37,145 nucleotides of DNA from an uncultured Myxococcales bacterium (GTDB lineage Bacteria > Myxococcota > UBA4151). The DNA lies in assembly GCA_964013405.1 (NCBI GenBank), contig CAXGWI010000022.1, positions 1-37,145 of the forward strand, read 5' to 3'. Positions 27,776 through 37,145 of the stretch are shown here, one piece after another. Numbering within the stretch: position 1 is the first letter of the stretch; each line of letters opens with the position of its first letter. Made by a program: the position numbers and the translations under genes. The notes beneath the pieces are model-generated. The model made no database searches, was not told the DNA's origin, and saw nothing but the letters and a program-made list of their open reading frames with translations.

Positions 27776-28803
27776 TGCTTGAACGCACTGAGATTTTGAT
27801 CCCGGTCGGCGGATTTTTAACCCCCACCGAGCCCGTGCATCCTTTGGTGGAAGGCCCCTGGCAGGATTGTTTGGGTGATCTAGCCCAAGGGCGGCGGGTT
27901 CTTTTGGTGGGCGAACGCCGGGTCGTGGATGCCCACGACTTGGAAGTGGACATCATTCTCGCCGGTGGTGAGCGGCAAAAGAGCTTAGAGGCCGCGACCC
28001 AACTGGCCCGCGACTTGGTGGTGAGCGGTATCGATCGAAACCATCTGCTCGTGGCCATCGGCGGTGGTGCCACCACGGACCTCGTCGGTTTTGTCGCCAG
28101 CGTGACCCTGCGGGGAATTCCTTGGCTGCCCATCCCAACGACGACCCTGGCGATGGTGGATGCCTCCATCGGCGGCAAGACGGCTGTAAATCTTCCCGAG
28201 GGCAAAAATCTGGTGGGCAGTTTTCATCAGCCCGAGGGCGTCATCGTGGATCGGCGCCTGCTGACCAGTTTGCCCCATGCTCGCCGCATGGAGGGCTTGA
28301 TCGAGTTGGTGAAGACAGCGCTTTGTCACGGCGCCTTGGGCGAAAAGGTCCTTGCTGCGGGGAGTGTCGAGGAGCTGGAAGCCCTGCTCTTTCACGGTGC
28401 GCAGGTGAAGTTGGATTTGGTGAGCAGAGACCCCCTCGACAAGGGCCCACGACAGGCCCTCAATCTAGGCCACACGGTCGGTCACGCACTGGAAGCCCTG
28501 TTCATGCCCCGGCTAAGTCACGGCGAGGCGGTGGCCATCGGTCTCGTGCCCGTGCTGCGCATGGGCCTGGGCGATGGTGCCCAGCCGTGGCTTGAGGCCC
28601 TGCAGCGGGTCGGATTGCCCTTGAAGCCTCCCAATGAAGTTGACCGGGATCAGCTGCTGGCCTTCATGCAGCGGGACAAAAAGGGCGGCAAGATGGTCGT
28701 GCCTCGTCCAGGTTACAGTGTGGAGCTTTGGTCCGATGCGGAGGCGATCTTAGAGTATATCGAGTCTGAAGCCTTCGTGGATACGCCGCCGACGATCGCA
28801 TAA
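27772..28803 (+). CDS. aroB: 3-dehydroquinate synthase
   Basis: GE.QKS, GGGATTDLVGFVAS, PTT.LAMVDASIGGKTAVN, KNLVGSFHQP, LNLGHTVGHALE, HGEAVAIG and DKK. Confidence 0.92.
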   Translation: MMLERTEILIPVGGFLTPTEPVHPLVEGPWQDCLGDLAQGRRVLLVGERRVVDAHDLEVDIILAGGERQKSLEAATQLARDLVVSGIDRNHLLVAIGGGATTDLVGFVASVTLRGIPWLPIPTTTLAMVDASIGGKTAVNLPEGKNLVGSFHQPEGVIVDRRLLTSLPHARRMEGLIELVKTALCHGALGEKVLAAGSVEELEALLFHGAQVKLDLVSRDPLDKGPRQALNLGHTVGHALEALFMPRLSHGEAVAIGLVPVLRMGLGDGAQPWLEALQRVGLPLKPPNEVDRDQLLAFMQRDKKGGKMVVPRPGYSVELWSDAEAILEYIESEAFVDTPPTIA

Positions 28804-28892
28804 GACAGCGGTTTCATGGGGCGGTCAGGCCGAGCTTGCTCCTGCCGAGGCTGACAAGCTAGGCAGAGCCCAACGGGAGGCATTACGGCGTT

Positions 28893-29672
28893 TTGCTTGG
28901 AAACCTGAGTCTGTCTTTGTGGCTCTTGGGGAGCGGGCCCTTGCTGCTCGTTGCCAGCGGTGATGCAGCGCCGGTGGAGGAGGAGAAACCAGGCATTGTC
29001 GCCCTCGATTTGGTGGCGGTCACCGGTGTGAAGAAGGGTGTTGCCCGTTTGCTCAATGAAGCCATGCTGAGTCGACTCAAGGCCTCGAAACGCTTCAGTA
29101 ACGTTTTGGGGAGCTCGGATTTTAAAGCCATGCTGACCCTCGAGCAGCAAAAGGCGGCTCTTGGTTGCGACGATGACAGCTGCTTGGCTGAACTGGGTGG
29201 AGCCCTTGGCGTGCCCTTCTTGTTCGGCGCCGACGTGGGCGTCGTGGGCGGACGATTTTTGCTCAATGTGAAAATTTTGCGGGTGGATGAAGCGACGGTC
29301 GCCGATCGCCGCACCACCATTTACGGCAGTGAAGGGGAGCTCCTCGAGGGATTAGACGCAGCGGTGGATGCGGTGGTTTTGGGGGCGCTGGGTCCCGAGC
29401 AGCCGGCGCCAGCGCCGGTCGCTGACGGCTCGAAGAAGCAGTTAAAAACGAAGGCTCGTCCCCCATGGCTTGGTCTGTCCACATTGATCGTGGGTGCTGG
29501 GCTGAGCGCCGGCGGTTGGATCTACTTCAGCGGAGAACAAGATCAGTTCAACACCGTTGAGGATCGCCGAATCAATGACTTCGAACGCCTCGATGAAGCC
29601 GAGACGGTGGCGAACACGATGTTGGGGCTCGGCGCCGCGGTCATGGTGTTGGGAGGCATCTTGTTGTGGTGA
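28893..29672 (+). CDS. Hypothetical exported/membrane protein (CsgG/TolB-N-like alpha/beta domain plus C-terminal hydrophobic segments)
   Basis: Signal-like N-terminus, [25 protein letters not shown] motif, Pro linker, two C-terminal Gly-rich hydrophobic stretches. The TTG start is uncertain. Confidence 0.6.
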   Translation: MLGNLSLSLWLLGSGPLLLVASGDAAPVEEEKPGIVALDLVAVTGVKKGVARLLNEAMLSRLKASKRFSNVLGSSDFKAMLTLEQQKAALGCDDDSCLAELGGALGVPFLFGADVGVVGGRFLLNVKILRVDEATVADRRTTIYGSEGELLEGLDAAVDAVVLGALGPEQPAPAPVADGSKKQLKTKARPPWLGLSTLIVGAGLSAGGWIYFSGEQDQFNTVEDRRINDFERLDEAETVANTMLGLGAAVMVLGGILLW

Positions 29673-31378
29673 GATGCTCCTTGGTGTTCATCGGGTTGGT
29701 TTCGGGCTGCTTCTCGGCCGACTACAGCGTGGCTGACGCAGGGGTCTGTGTCAGTGATGAGGCCTGTCCTCGAGGCACGGTCTGTACGGTGGGCTATTGC
29801 GCCAAGCCCCATGAGGGGTGGCAGCCGACTGAGGCCCGTTGTGGTGATGGCGTCGTGAGTTCCGGTGAGGACTGCGATGATGGCAACGACGATGACACCG
29901 ACGCATGCACAAACCAGTGTCTAGAGGCTCGATGTGGTGATGGCTTTCTGCGGACGGATCTAAGTCCCGGAGAACCCGGTTATGAAGCCTGCGACGATGG
30001 GAATCAGAACGATCGAGAAGATGCTTGCCGCAACATCTGTGAGGAACACAGGTGCGGTGATCGCATTGTCGCTCCGGACGGGAGCGAAGCGTGTGATGAT
30101 GGGAACACGGTAAGCGATGATGGCTGCTCCGAGTCCTGTCTCGAGGAGCGTTGTGGCGACGGCGTCGTCCAGTCCGGTGAGGCCTGCGATGATGGGAACG
30201 AGAACGATGAGGATGCCTGTCTAAATACCTGTGTAGAGGCCGTATGCGGCGACGGGGTCGTTCACCTGGGTGAAGAGGTCTGCGATGACGGTAACGACAA
30301 CGACCAGGACGCCTGTCTAAATACTTGTGAAGATGCCCTGTGCGGCGATGGTGTCGTTTACCTGGGGGTCGAGGTCTGCGATGACGGCAATCAGACTGAT
30401 GATGATGATTGTCGGAATGATTGCGAAGCGCCAGCCTGCGGCGACGGCATTGTTGATGAAGGCGAAGGTTGCGATGACGGCAATCGGGCCGATGATGATG
30501 ATTGTCGCAACAACTGCGAAGCCCCAGCCTGCGGCGACGGCATTGTTGATGAAGGGGAAGACTGCGACGACGGTAATCGCGAGGACGGAGATGACTGCCT
30601 GAATACTTGCGAGGAGGCCAGTTGTGGAGATGGTGTGATTTGGCAGGGCGTAGAAGACTGCGACCTCGATGAGGCTGAGGGGCTATGTGATCAACGCTGT
30701 CGATGGGTTCCTGGCGCCTCGCGAGAGGGCGCATCAAGGGATTGCCAAACGCTCAAAGAAGCGCTGCCGGCAACGGGTGATGGCGTCTATTGGATCGATC
30801 CAGATGAAGGGGAGAGAGACAACGCTTATCGAGCTTTCTGCCGAATGACCGTCGATTCCGGCGGTTGGACTCGAGTGATTAACATCTATCATGGTACGGA
30901 TACATGGAATGCCTGGAACACGGATTTGCGCCGCAGCGATGCCTGGAATGAAGAGGTCGCGTTTGGTCTTCGGTTGGATTCACTTTCGCAGACCGTCGAC
31001 GGCGAGGATCTCGAGATTTTGTTTGAGGTCTACGGCGATCGGGCCGGTCCAATTTATCGTGGGGTCAACAAAGGTGCTTGGGACCCCAGCCGTGGGGGGG
31101 GCAACTTCGATAGCGGGTTTGAGTACCGAACCTTCGAAGCTTGGCAGACCTGCAACATCCCGTTGGGGCGTGACCACAATCGCTGGACGTGGTCGATCGC
31201 AAAATCCGGACCGGTGGTTGAGAATAACTGTGCCAACTATTCGAGCGGCAACGGCTTTCTCCTCGAAGGAACCGAAGCCAACCCAGAACGAGCGACGATG
31301 CTGAGTGGTTTGAATGGACACCTTGTGACCCGTAACTTTGGCTGGCTCCGGATCTACGTGCGGCGGACCTCGGACTAG
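29666..31378 (+). CDS. Lipoprotein with nine myxococcal Cys-rich repeats (TIGR02232/DUF4215-like) and a fibrinogen-like C-terminal domain
   Basis: Lipobox VSGC, nine CGD(G/R)...E.CD.....C...C units, then DC..LK......DGVYWIDPD...[13 protein letters not shown]. Confidence 0.88.
   Translation: MVRCSLVFIGLVSGCFSADYSVADAGVCVSDEACPRGTVCTVGYCAKPHEGWQPTEARCGDGVVSSGEDCDDGNDDDTDACTNQCLEARCGDGFLRTDLSPGEPGYEACDDGNQNDREDACRNICEEHRCGDRIVAPDGSEACDDGNTVSDDGCSESCLEERCGDGVVQSGEACDDGNENDEDACLNTCVEAVCGDGVVHLGEEVCDDGNDNDQDACLNTCEDALCGDGVVYLGVEVCDDGNQTDDDDCRNDCEAPACGDGIVDEGEGCDDGNRADDDDCRNNCEAPACGDGIVDEGEDCDDGNREDGDDCLNTCEEASCGDGVIWQGVEDCDLDEAEGLCDQRCRWVPGASREGASRDCQTLKEALPATGDGVYWIDPDEGERDNAYRAFCRMTVDSGGWTRVINIYHGTDTWNAWNTDLRRSDAWNEEVAFGLRLDSLSQTVDGEDLEILFEVYGDRAGPIYRGVNKGAWDPSRGGGNFDSGFEYRTFEAWQTCNIPLGRDHNRWTWSIAKSGPVVENNCANYSSGNGFLLEGTEANPERATMLSGLNGHLVTRNFGWLRIYVRRTSD
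29837..30700 (+). repeat. Coding tandem repeat array, units of about 93-120 bp
   Basis: Repeated TGYGGYGAYGG starts. A 32-bp identical block occurs at 30431-30462 and 30524-30555 (period 93). Confidence 0.85.
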
Positions 31379-31403
31379 GTCTCGCTGCTGCTCGCCCGAA
31401 CGG

Positions 31404-33590
31404 TTATGGCGAGGTGATGACCCCGGCTTCACCGGCTCCCGATAACGGTAGCGCTCCATCAAGGCGTACTTCGGTCCCTCGAGCCATGAGCCCAAAGGAC
31501 CCATCCAAGGCGAGGATGGTGAGGGTGCCATCGCTCTCGAGGCTGTGGTCCTCCCATTCCATCGTCTCGGCTGCCTCGGGACCTCGAAGCCACACCACAT
31601 CGGCGCCGTCCGGCCCCTCGATACGATAGGCGACGCTGTCAGCGGGCGCTGGTAAGGACTGGATGGAAAAATCCATTTCACCTTCGCTGGGGCTGGGCAC
31701 CATCACGGCGAGATAGAAGGGGGCCTGGGCCGTCACGACACCGTCAGCGACGCCATGATGGGCCTCACCACCGCCAATGGAATGCACATAAGGGGCTTCG
31801 TTTTCCGTAAAGGGCGGCGCCTCAAAGGTCGGAGTTCCAGCGGTGCTCGCGAGGGCGACATCCAATCGGGCTTGCCCTTGCACCACCTCGAGCCGGTCGC
31901 CGTTGAGGTGGAACTCGCCGCCCAGGTCGTGGCCGGCGCCGGCATGGAAGCGCCATCGGTGCTCCCGGGGCTCGGTGGCCTCGGTGGTGATGCGGTCGGC
32001 GATGACCCAGTAGCGATCTCTCAGCATCGCCATGCCTCGGGTGATCTCGCTCTGTCGGTAGCTGGTGCGGGCTTCGGCGTAGACCAGGTGTTCGTTTTCC
32101 GCGCTGTGCTCCAGATAGGCATCACTACCGGTCCAGTCATTGAGCAAGCCTTTGGTGGCGTCGCCTCGACCTTCGATCAGAATCACGTTGTGGGCCTGGG
32201 CTTCGGCGGTGATGGCGTTGTCCAGGGTGTTGGGTTTGTAGTAGCCCGTATCGATGGCCAGATATTCGCCGTAGGCAGCCAGTAAAAAGTGGGTGCCATC
32301 CACGTGGTCATGGAGGGTGAGGCGAGCGGCCCCTTGTTCGGCCAGCAGCACGGAAAAGCGCTGATCTTCTTCCCAGCCACTGCGGAAGATGGCGTAGCCG
32401 GATTCGGGCATGACGCGGTGTTTCCAAGCGGGCGCTTCGCCGCCGACCGGCTCGGGGAGGTAGGCGTAGTGTTGGATCAGTAGGTCGAGACCCCAGCCGG
32501 TCCCTCGGACCCGCCCACTGGTTTGATTCTGCCAATCCCAGATCTGGTGCATTTTGTCCGGCTGCCAGTGGGCGATCAAGGCCGCACCGTTGGGATTATT
32601 GAGCCCACCATCGGCGATACTGGGGCGGCGTCCGTCGCCCATACGCAGGGCCAAGCTCCAGTCCAGAGCTCGGCCGAAGTGCTCGCTGTAGAGGGCATTG
32701 CGGAACTTGAAAGGCGCCCCTTCGTCGCAGGGCCCTCCGTTCCAAGGTTCGGCCGGATTCCGGCTGATGCAGTTGCGGTGATAGGTTCCTTCCGATGCCC
32801 CCGCGTTGTCGGCGGCGATCAGCGCGCCCATGGCGGCAGCGAGCCCGAAGTGAAAATAGAAGGAGCCCTCGCTGACGCCGCCCTCCGCCTGAATGTACTG
32901 CCCCTCAGGGGCGAACAAATAGTCGTATTCAGCCAGCCCCCAATCCAGCCACTTTTTTGCCTCAGGGTGATCGGGGAAGGCGAGCCCTGGCAGGATCAAA
33001 CAAGCAGCAGTGCGGATGGGGTGATTGTTTTGCGTCACCACCAAGGCGCTCCAGCGATAGAGTTCGGTCTCTACGTACTGCGCAAAGAACTTGTCGGCGA
33101 TGACCCCGAGCTTCTCCTGCGCTTCGGTCGCTTCTGCTTCGGGAAAGAAATCCGTGCCCATCAACAGATCCCAGGCCTGCACCCCACAGACCATGTTCGC
33201 AGGCATGCGGATGTTGAGATCCCAGTCGCCGTGGGTTTCCATGTCTGTCTCAAGCATCTTGAAGTGTTCTCGGGCCTTATCGGCTCGAGCCTTGTCTTCA
33301 TGGAGCCAGGCAAGAAAGGCGCTCGCCTGGGCGATGCAGGCGTTGTGGTTGTAGGCGTGGTAATCCCAGCCTTCGCCGTCAGGGATGCGATACTCGCCGT
33401 CGGCTTTGGCTTCGATCTGGCTGTAAAGGTCCGCGAAGACCGGCAGGTGTTGGCGAGCGAGCAGCGTGGTTTTCATGTCGGCTCGGACCAACAGCCGGGG
33501 GTAGCTCAATCCCTCCGGACTGGGTTCCGGCGCCTCTTCGTCGCAGGCACAGCCTGGCAGGATTAGCAAAAACAACAGGGCATGACGCAT
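31404..33590 (-). CDS. Heparinase II/III-like polysaccharide lyase lipoprotein
   Basis: Lipobox LPGC. Motifs QNNH, EGSFY, SGYAIFRSGW, HDHVD, DTGYY and AHNVILIEG. Confidence 0.82.
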   Translation of the reverse strand: MRHALLFLLILPGCACDEEAPEPSPEGLSYPRLLVRADMKTTLLARQHLPVFADLYSQIEAKADGEYRIPDGEGWDYHAYNHNACIAQASAFLAWLHEDKARADKAREHFKMLETDMETHGDWDLNIRMPANMVCGVQAWDLLMGTDFFPEAEATEAQEKLGVIADKFFAQYVETELYRWSALVVTQNNHPIRTAACLILPGLAFPDHPEAKKWLDWGLAEYDYLFAPEGQYIQAEGGVSEGSFYFHFGLAAAMGALIAADNAGASEGTYHRNCISRNPAEPWNGGPCDEGAPFKFRNALYSEHFGRALDWSLALRMGDGRRPSIADGGLNNPNGAALIAHWQPDKMHQIWDWQNQTSGRVRGTGWGLDLLIQHYAYLPEPVGGEAPAWKHRVMPESGYAIFRSGWEEDQRFSVLLAEQGAARLTLHDHVDGTHFLLAAYGEYLAIDTGYYKPNTLDNAITAEAQAHNVILIEGRGDATKGLLNDWTGSDAYLEHSAENEHLVYAEARTSYRQSEITRGMAMLRDRYWVIADRITTEATEPREHRWRFHAGAGHDLGGEFHLNGDRLEVVQGQARLDVALASTAGTPTFEAPPFTENEAPYVHSIGGGEAHHGVADGVVTAQAPFYLAVMVPSPSEGEMDFSIQSLPAPADSVAYRIEGPDGADVVWLRGPEAAETMEWEDHSLESDGTLTILALDGSFGLMARGTEVRLDGALPLSGAGEAGVITSP

Positions 33591-34741
33591 TAGAGGGGCT
33601 CCGGGAGACCGGCCAACTCGATGAGCGCGAGGATCATCGCCCCCACGCCATAGGGCAGGTCTTCTTCGAGGGGGACGCGTAGGTAATCTTCACGGGTGGC
33701 AGCGGTGGTGGGCCCGGAGATTCCCGTGATCGCCGGACCGTCGTCCCGCTCGTCGATGGCTGCCAGTATGCCTCGTTTGCCTCGGTGCAGTGCGGGCAGG
33801 ATCTCGTCACCGAGAAAGCCGTAGCGCCAGGCTCTTGCGAGACCGAAGAGGAAGAGCGCACTGCCGCTGACCTCCTCATAGGCTTCGCCAGGCTCGGTCA
33901 TGAGCGTCCACCACAGCCCGGACTCGGCATCCTGCAATTCCAGGATGCGCCGGGCTTGGCGCTCAAGGGCCGCCGCGTGGATGGGGGCGCCTACGCCCCG
34001 CAGTCGGTGGATGCGCAGGGCGTCGTAACCGGCGGCGGTGACCCAGGCGTTGCCCCGGGCCCAAAACACCCCCGGTGTCTGCTCGATGATCCAATCCGCG
34101 GCATGGGTGTAGAGCCCATCGTCTTCTTGGAGGCGGTCGCTAAAGATTCCGAACTGGGCATCGAAACGGGCGAGGGCGGCGTCGTTTTGTTCCAGATCCG
34201 CCCGGCGCAACCAGACCTCCCCGAACATAAAGAGGCTGTCGACCCAAAGGGTGGGGTCCATGATGGCGAGCACGCCCATATGGTTAATGCCACCGTCTTC
34301 GGTTCGGCGGGCGTCGTTGGCCAAATAGTCCTCGACTCGATCGATCACCGTTTGTGCCGTTGGGCTCGGTCGGTGGGCGAGCAGGCTGACTGCGCTTGCG
34401 GCGGCGGGACATTGATCGCTGGTTTCCACCTTGTAGCCCTCGTTGTGGTGGTGTTCGAGGTAGGCCTCGATGTAGTCCAGCAGAGCTTCGTCGCCGGTGA
34501 CTCGGTGGAGCTCGGTGAGGGCAAACAGGGCGACACCCTCTTCCCAGTTCCAAGGCAAATCCCCCGGAGCGTGGGTTTGCATCCAGCGGTTCGCCAGGCG
34601 GCTGGCGAGCTCGACCTCAGCGGAGTCGAGGGGGCGCTTTTGGGCAAAGCAGCTGCTGTCCGGCGCTTCGCCTTCTTGGCATTGATCCGGATAGATCAGG
34701 GGCTGGCAGCCGATCAGAAATGCAAAAATAAGCCACCGCAT
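33590..34741 (-). CDS. GH105/GH88-like unsaturated uronyl hydrolase lipoprotein
   Basis: Start at the ATG at 34741 (MRWLIFAFLIGC). Motifs WNWEEG, LWVDSLFM, GLYTHA, FWARGNAW, LQD.ESGLW, EVSGSA and YGVGA. TAATG overlap with the lyase gene. Confidence 0.88.
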   Translation of the reverse strand: MRWLIFAFLIGCQPLIYPDQCQEGEAPDSSCFAQKRPLDSAEVELASRLANRWMQTHAPGDLPWNWEEGVALFALTELHRVTGDEALLDYIEAYLEHHHNEGYKVETSDQCPAAASAVSLLAHRPSPTAQTVIDRVEDYLANDARRTEDGGINHMGVLAIMDPTLWVDSLFMFGEVWLRRADLEQNDAALARFDAQFGIFSDRLQEDDGLYTHAADWIIEQTPGVFWARGNAWVTAAGYDALRIHRLRGVGAPIHAAALERQARRILELQDAESGLWWTLMTEPGEAYEEVSGSALFLFGLARAWRYGFLGDEILPALHRGKRGILAAIDERDDGPAITGISGPTTAATREDYLRVPLEEDLPYGVGAMILALIELAGLPEPL

Positions 34742-34832
34742 AGGGGCATTCTGGTCGATGCTGAGGGGGCTGTGCAAGCCGGTCCCTCGCCGTTGGGGGC
34801 CAGTCGGGCTATAGAGGCTGCGGAGGAAGCCT

Positions 34833-37145
34833 GTGCGACGTCTTGCGCTTAGCCTGAGTCTTTGTCTTTTGGCCTGTAGCGATGGGACCCCCAACGATGG
34901 GGGGTCGTCAGGGGATGAACCCGTCGATCTCTGCGCGGATTTGCCGGCCCTCCAGCTGGGCGATCGAGATGGGGATGGTCTCGGCGACGCCTGTGATCCT
35001 TGTCCGGATCAGGTGGGCGGTGACGATGATGGCGATGGCATCTGCATCACCGTGGACAACTGCCCTGAGCAGGAAAACCCCTCCCAGGCCGACTATGACG
35101 AGGATGGGGTCGGGGATCCTTGTGACCCCTGCCCGGCTGATGTTCTTGGCGACACCGATGGCGATGGGGTCTGCGATAGCACGGACCTTTGCCCTGATCT
35201 GCCGAACCCAGAACAAGGGGACGAAGACGGGGATGGCATCGGTGATGCCTGTGATGGGGACAACGACGGCGACACCCGAGATGACCTTTTCGATAACTGT
35301 CCCGACGTTTGGAACTTAGAGCAGGAGGACTTTGATCGGGATGGCATCGGCGATGCTTGCGATCTATGCCCCCGGGATCGGCGCAGCGACATGCGGGCCG
35401 AGATCATTCCCTTCAACCCCCGGCCGAGTCCCGATGCCCAGCTGGATGACTTGGGCGACGACGGTTTGTCCCCGCCGATTCCCCTGCCTTTTGATTTCGT
35501 TTTCTTCGGCGAGGCCATCGACGCCGTTCGGGTCAGCGCCAACGGCTTTATCGTTCTTGGTGAAGAAGGCGAGTCCGGACATGCCCGTCCCAAGCGCTTG
35601 CCCCACAACGACAGCCCGTCACCGGCGGTCTACGGCTACTGGCTCGATCTCGACCCCCGGGAGTCAGGCCGCATCGCCTGGGATATTCGGGGGGAAATTC
35701 CCGCTCGCGAGTTCCACGTTGCCTGGGAGGAGGTGCCTCACTTCCGCGGCAGTGAGGACGGGGGACCGGTCTCGCTACAGATCATCTTGAGTGAGCGGGA
35801 CCAAAGCGTCGAGATTCACTGCCTTAACTGTGTGCCTAAACGGCCCACACAGGGGGCCACACAGGGCATTCAGGGGCAGAATGGCCGGGCAGCCCGGGTC
35901 ACTCCCGGAGGCAACTTTCGGCGCTTTCGCGCCGTCGAATCAGCCGTTCGCTTTGTGAAGGGGCCCCAGCCGGACATCGACGAGGATGGCGAAGGCGACG
36001 CCTGCGATGACGATCGGGATGGCGATGGGATCGCCAACGATGATGATCTTTGCCCCAACCACCCGGACCCGGAGCAATTGGACAGCGACGAAGATGGCCG
36101 GGGTGACGCCTGTAACGAAGCGATCGATCGGGATCGAGATGGCTATGCGGACGGGGTCGACCGCTGCCCCCGTACGCCCAACCCAGAGCAAAGCCTACGC
36201 TGTGTCGTCACCACATTGAGCGGCACGGTTTCGGTCGAAGATCAGGTGCTCGGTCCCAGCGGTTTCACCGGCGAGTTGGCGCCGCTGCCGTTGCCCAACC
36301 TGCCCTTGCAGGTGCTGAATCAGGATGACGAGGTGATCGCCGAGACCGTGACCGACGGCGAGGGGCGCTATTCGGTGGTCGTGGAGCAGGCTGCCGATGA
36401 GACCTACCGCATCCGGGCTGAGGCCGTGCTGCCTGGAAGGATCTCTGTTCACGACCGCAGCAACTACGCTGCCCGCTACGCCCTGGAGAGCGAGGCGATC
36501 ACCCTCAACCCCAACCAGCAGGAACGGCAAAAGGACCTCCTTGCCACCGCCGACAGTCCGGCGGGTGCGGCCTTCCACATCCTCGAGGTGACCAGCCGAG
36601 CGGAACGTTTTGTCCGGCGCTTTACCCAAGACAACGCATCGTCGTTACACATCGCCTGGGCGCCCCTGAGCCCCTTCGACTGTGGCAGTTGTTATAGCGG
36701 GAGCTACATGATGCTCGGTGGGGGCGTGGGCGACCCCGACGAGTTCGACGACGATGTGATCCTGCACGAGTTCGGTCATTATTTCGTGCATCAGTGGTCT
36801 CACGATGATTCGCCTGGTGGGCGGCACAATGGGGACCCGACGGATCCCCGTTTGGCCTATGGTGAAGGGGTTGCGACCTTTTTCGCCGCCATGGTTTCGG
36901 GCGTGGGTCGGTATCGGGACAATAAGGACGACAGCACCATGGTGCGGGTCCTCGAACTCCTCACGGGGCGCGAGAACTTCTTTGGCACCGAGGGGGACGT
37001 CCTCGAAGGGGCTATCAGCGAGTATGCGGTGGCTGCCGTGATGTTCGACGCCTATGACGACTCGGGAGATACCGAGGCCCATGACAGCCTACATTTGGGC
37101 GAGGAGGGCTCCATGCGGGTCTTGCTTGAAGGCATGGGGGCGGAG
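34833..37145 (+). CDS. Large modular lipoprotein (partial): thrombospondin type-3 repeats, nidogen-like domain, TSP3, beta-sandwich, HExxH zinc metallopeptidase
   Basis: Not in the ORF track because there is no stop before the window end. GTG at 34833 after GGAGG gives MRRLALSLSLCLLAC. Motifs DxDGDGxGDACD/DNCP repeats, PIPLPFDFVFFG...VSANG, YWLDLDP, TDGEGRYS, DDDVILHEFGH (36765-36779) and AYGEG. Confidence 0.88.
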   Translation, partial: MRRLALSLSLCLLACSDGTPNDGGSSGDEPVDLCADLPALQLGDRDGDGLGDACDPCPDQVGGDDDGDGICITVDNCPEQENPSQADYDEDGVGDPCDPCPADVLGDTDGDGVCDSTDLCPDLPNPEQGDEDGDGIGDACDGDNDGDTRDDLFDNCPDVWNLEQEDFDRDGIGDACDLCPRDRRSDMRAEIIPFNPRPSPDAQLDDLGDDGLSPPIPLPFDFVFFGEAIDAVRVSANGFIVLGEEGESGHARPKRLPHNDSPSPAVYGYWLDLDPRESGRIAWDIRGEIPAREFHVAWEEVPHFRGSEDGGPVSLQIILSERDQSVEIHCLNCVPKRPTQGATQGIQGQNGRAARVTPGGNFRRFRAVESAVRFVKGPQPDIDEDGEGDACDDDRDGDGIANDDDLCPNHPDPEQLDSDEDGRGDACNEAIDRDRDGYADGVDRCPRTPNPEQSLRCVVTTLSGTVSVEDQVLGPSGFTGELAPLPLPNLPLQVLNQDDEVIAETVTDGEGRYSVVVEQAADETYRIRAEAVLPGRISVHDRSNYAARYALESEAITLNPNQQERQKDLLATADSPAGAAFHILEVTSRAERFVRRFTQDNASSLHIAWAPLSPFDCGSCYSGSYMMLGGGVGDPDEFDDDVILHEFGHYFVHQWSHDDSPGGRHNGDPTDPRLAYGEGVATFFAAMVSGVGRYRDNKDDSTMVRVLELLTGRENFFGTEGDVLEGAISEYAVAAVMFDAYDDSGDTEAHDSLHLGEEGSMRVLLEGMGAE

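Noticed and set aside
29837..30700. Periodic repeats considered as a CRISPR array
   Set aside because: The units are in-frame, vary at synonymous positions, have no unique spacers, and no cas genes are present.
29751..30737. 328-aa His/Arg-rich minus-strand ORF
   Set aside because: Reverse-complement read of the GAT/GAC/TGC-rich Cys-Asp repeats.
32523..34852. 347-aa and 355-aa plus-strand ORFs opposite the lyase and GH105 genes
   Set aside because: Antisense shadows caused by GC3 bias, with no recognisable domains.

Overview
GC-rich, gene-dense bacterial chromosomal region, most likely from a Myxococcota/deltaproteobacterium. This is inferred from myxococcal Cys-rich CGDG repeats, a myxobacterial-type Ser/Thr kinase and many lipoproteins. 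There are about 31 CDS, two of them truncated by the window edges and missing from the ORF track. The left end is a GldA/GldF/GldG-like ABC transporter operon with a partial DUF4340-like gene. Housekeeping and metabolic genes include an NhaP-type antiporter, dusA, asnS, PIN-PhoH, an ftsB-like gene, TauE, an enoyl-CoA isomerase, a hotdog thioesterase and a menB-aroC-aroB cluster. About 13 predicted lipoproteins are interspersed. They include a PON-like lactonase, a serine hydrolase, a heparinase II/III-like lyase coupled to a GH105 hydrolase, a TSP3/nidogen/zinc-metalloprotease, and several novel repeat proteins. The most striking non-coding signal lies upstream of the stand-alone Ser/Thr kinase: an enhancer-like palindrome, a near-consensus sigma54 promoter, and two AAGGA-loop hairpins (CsrA/RsmA-type), one of which carries the ribosome-binding site in its loop. 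No tRNA, rRNA, CRISPR array, integrase or transposase was recognised. Family assignments come from motif recognition by eye, not database searches.
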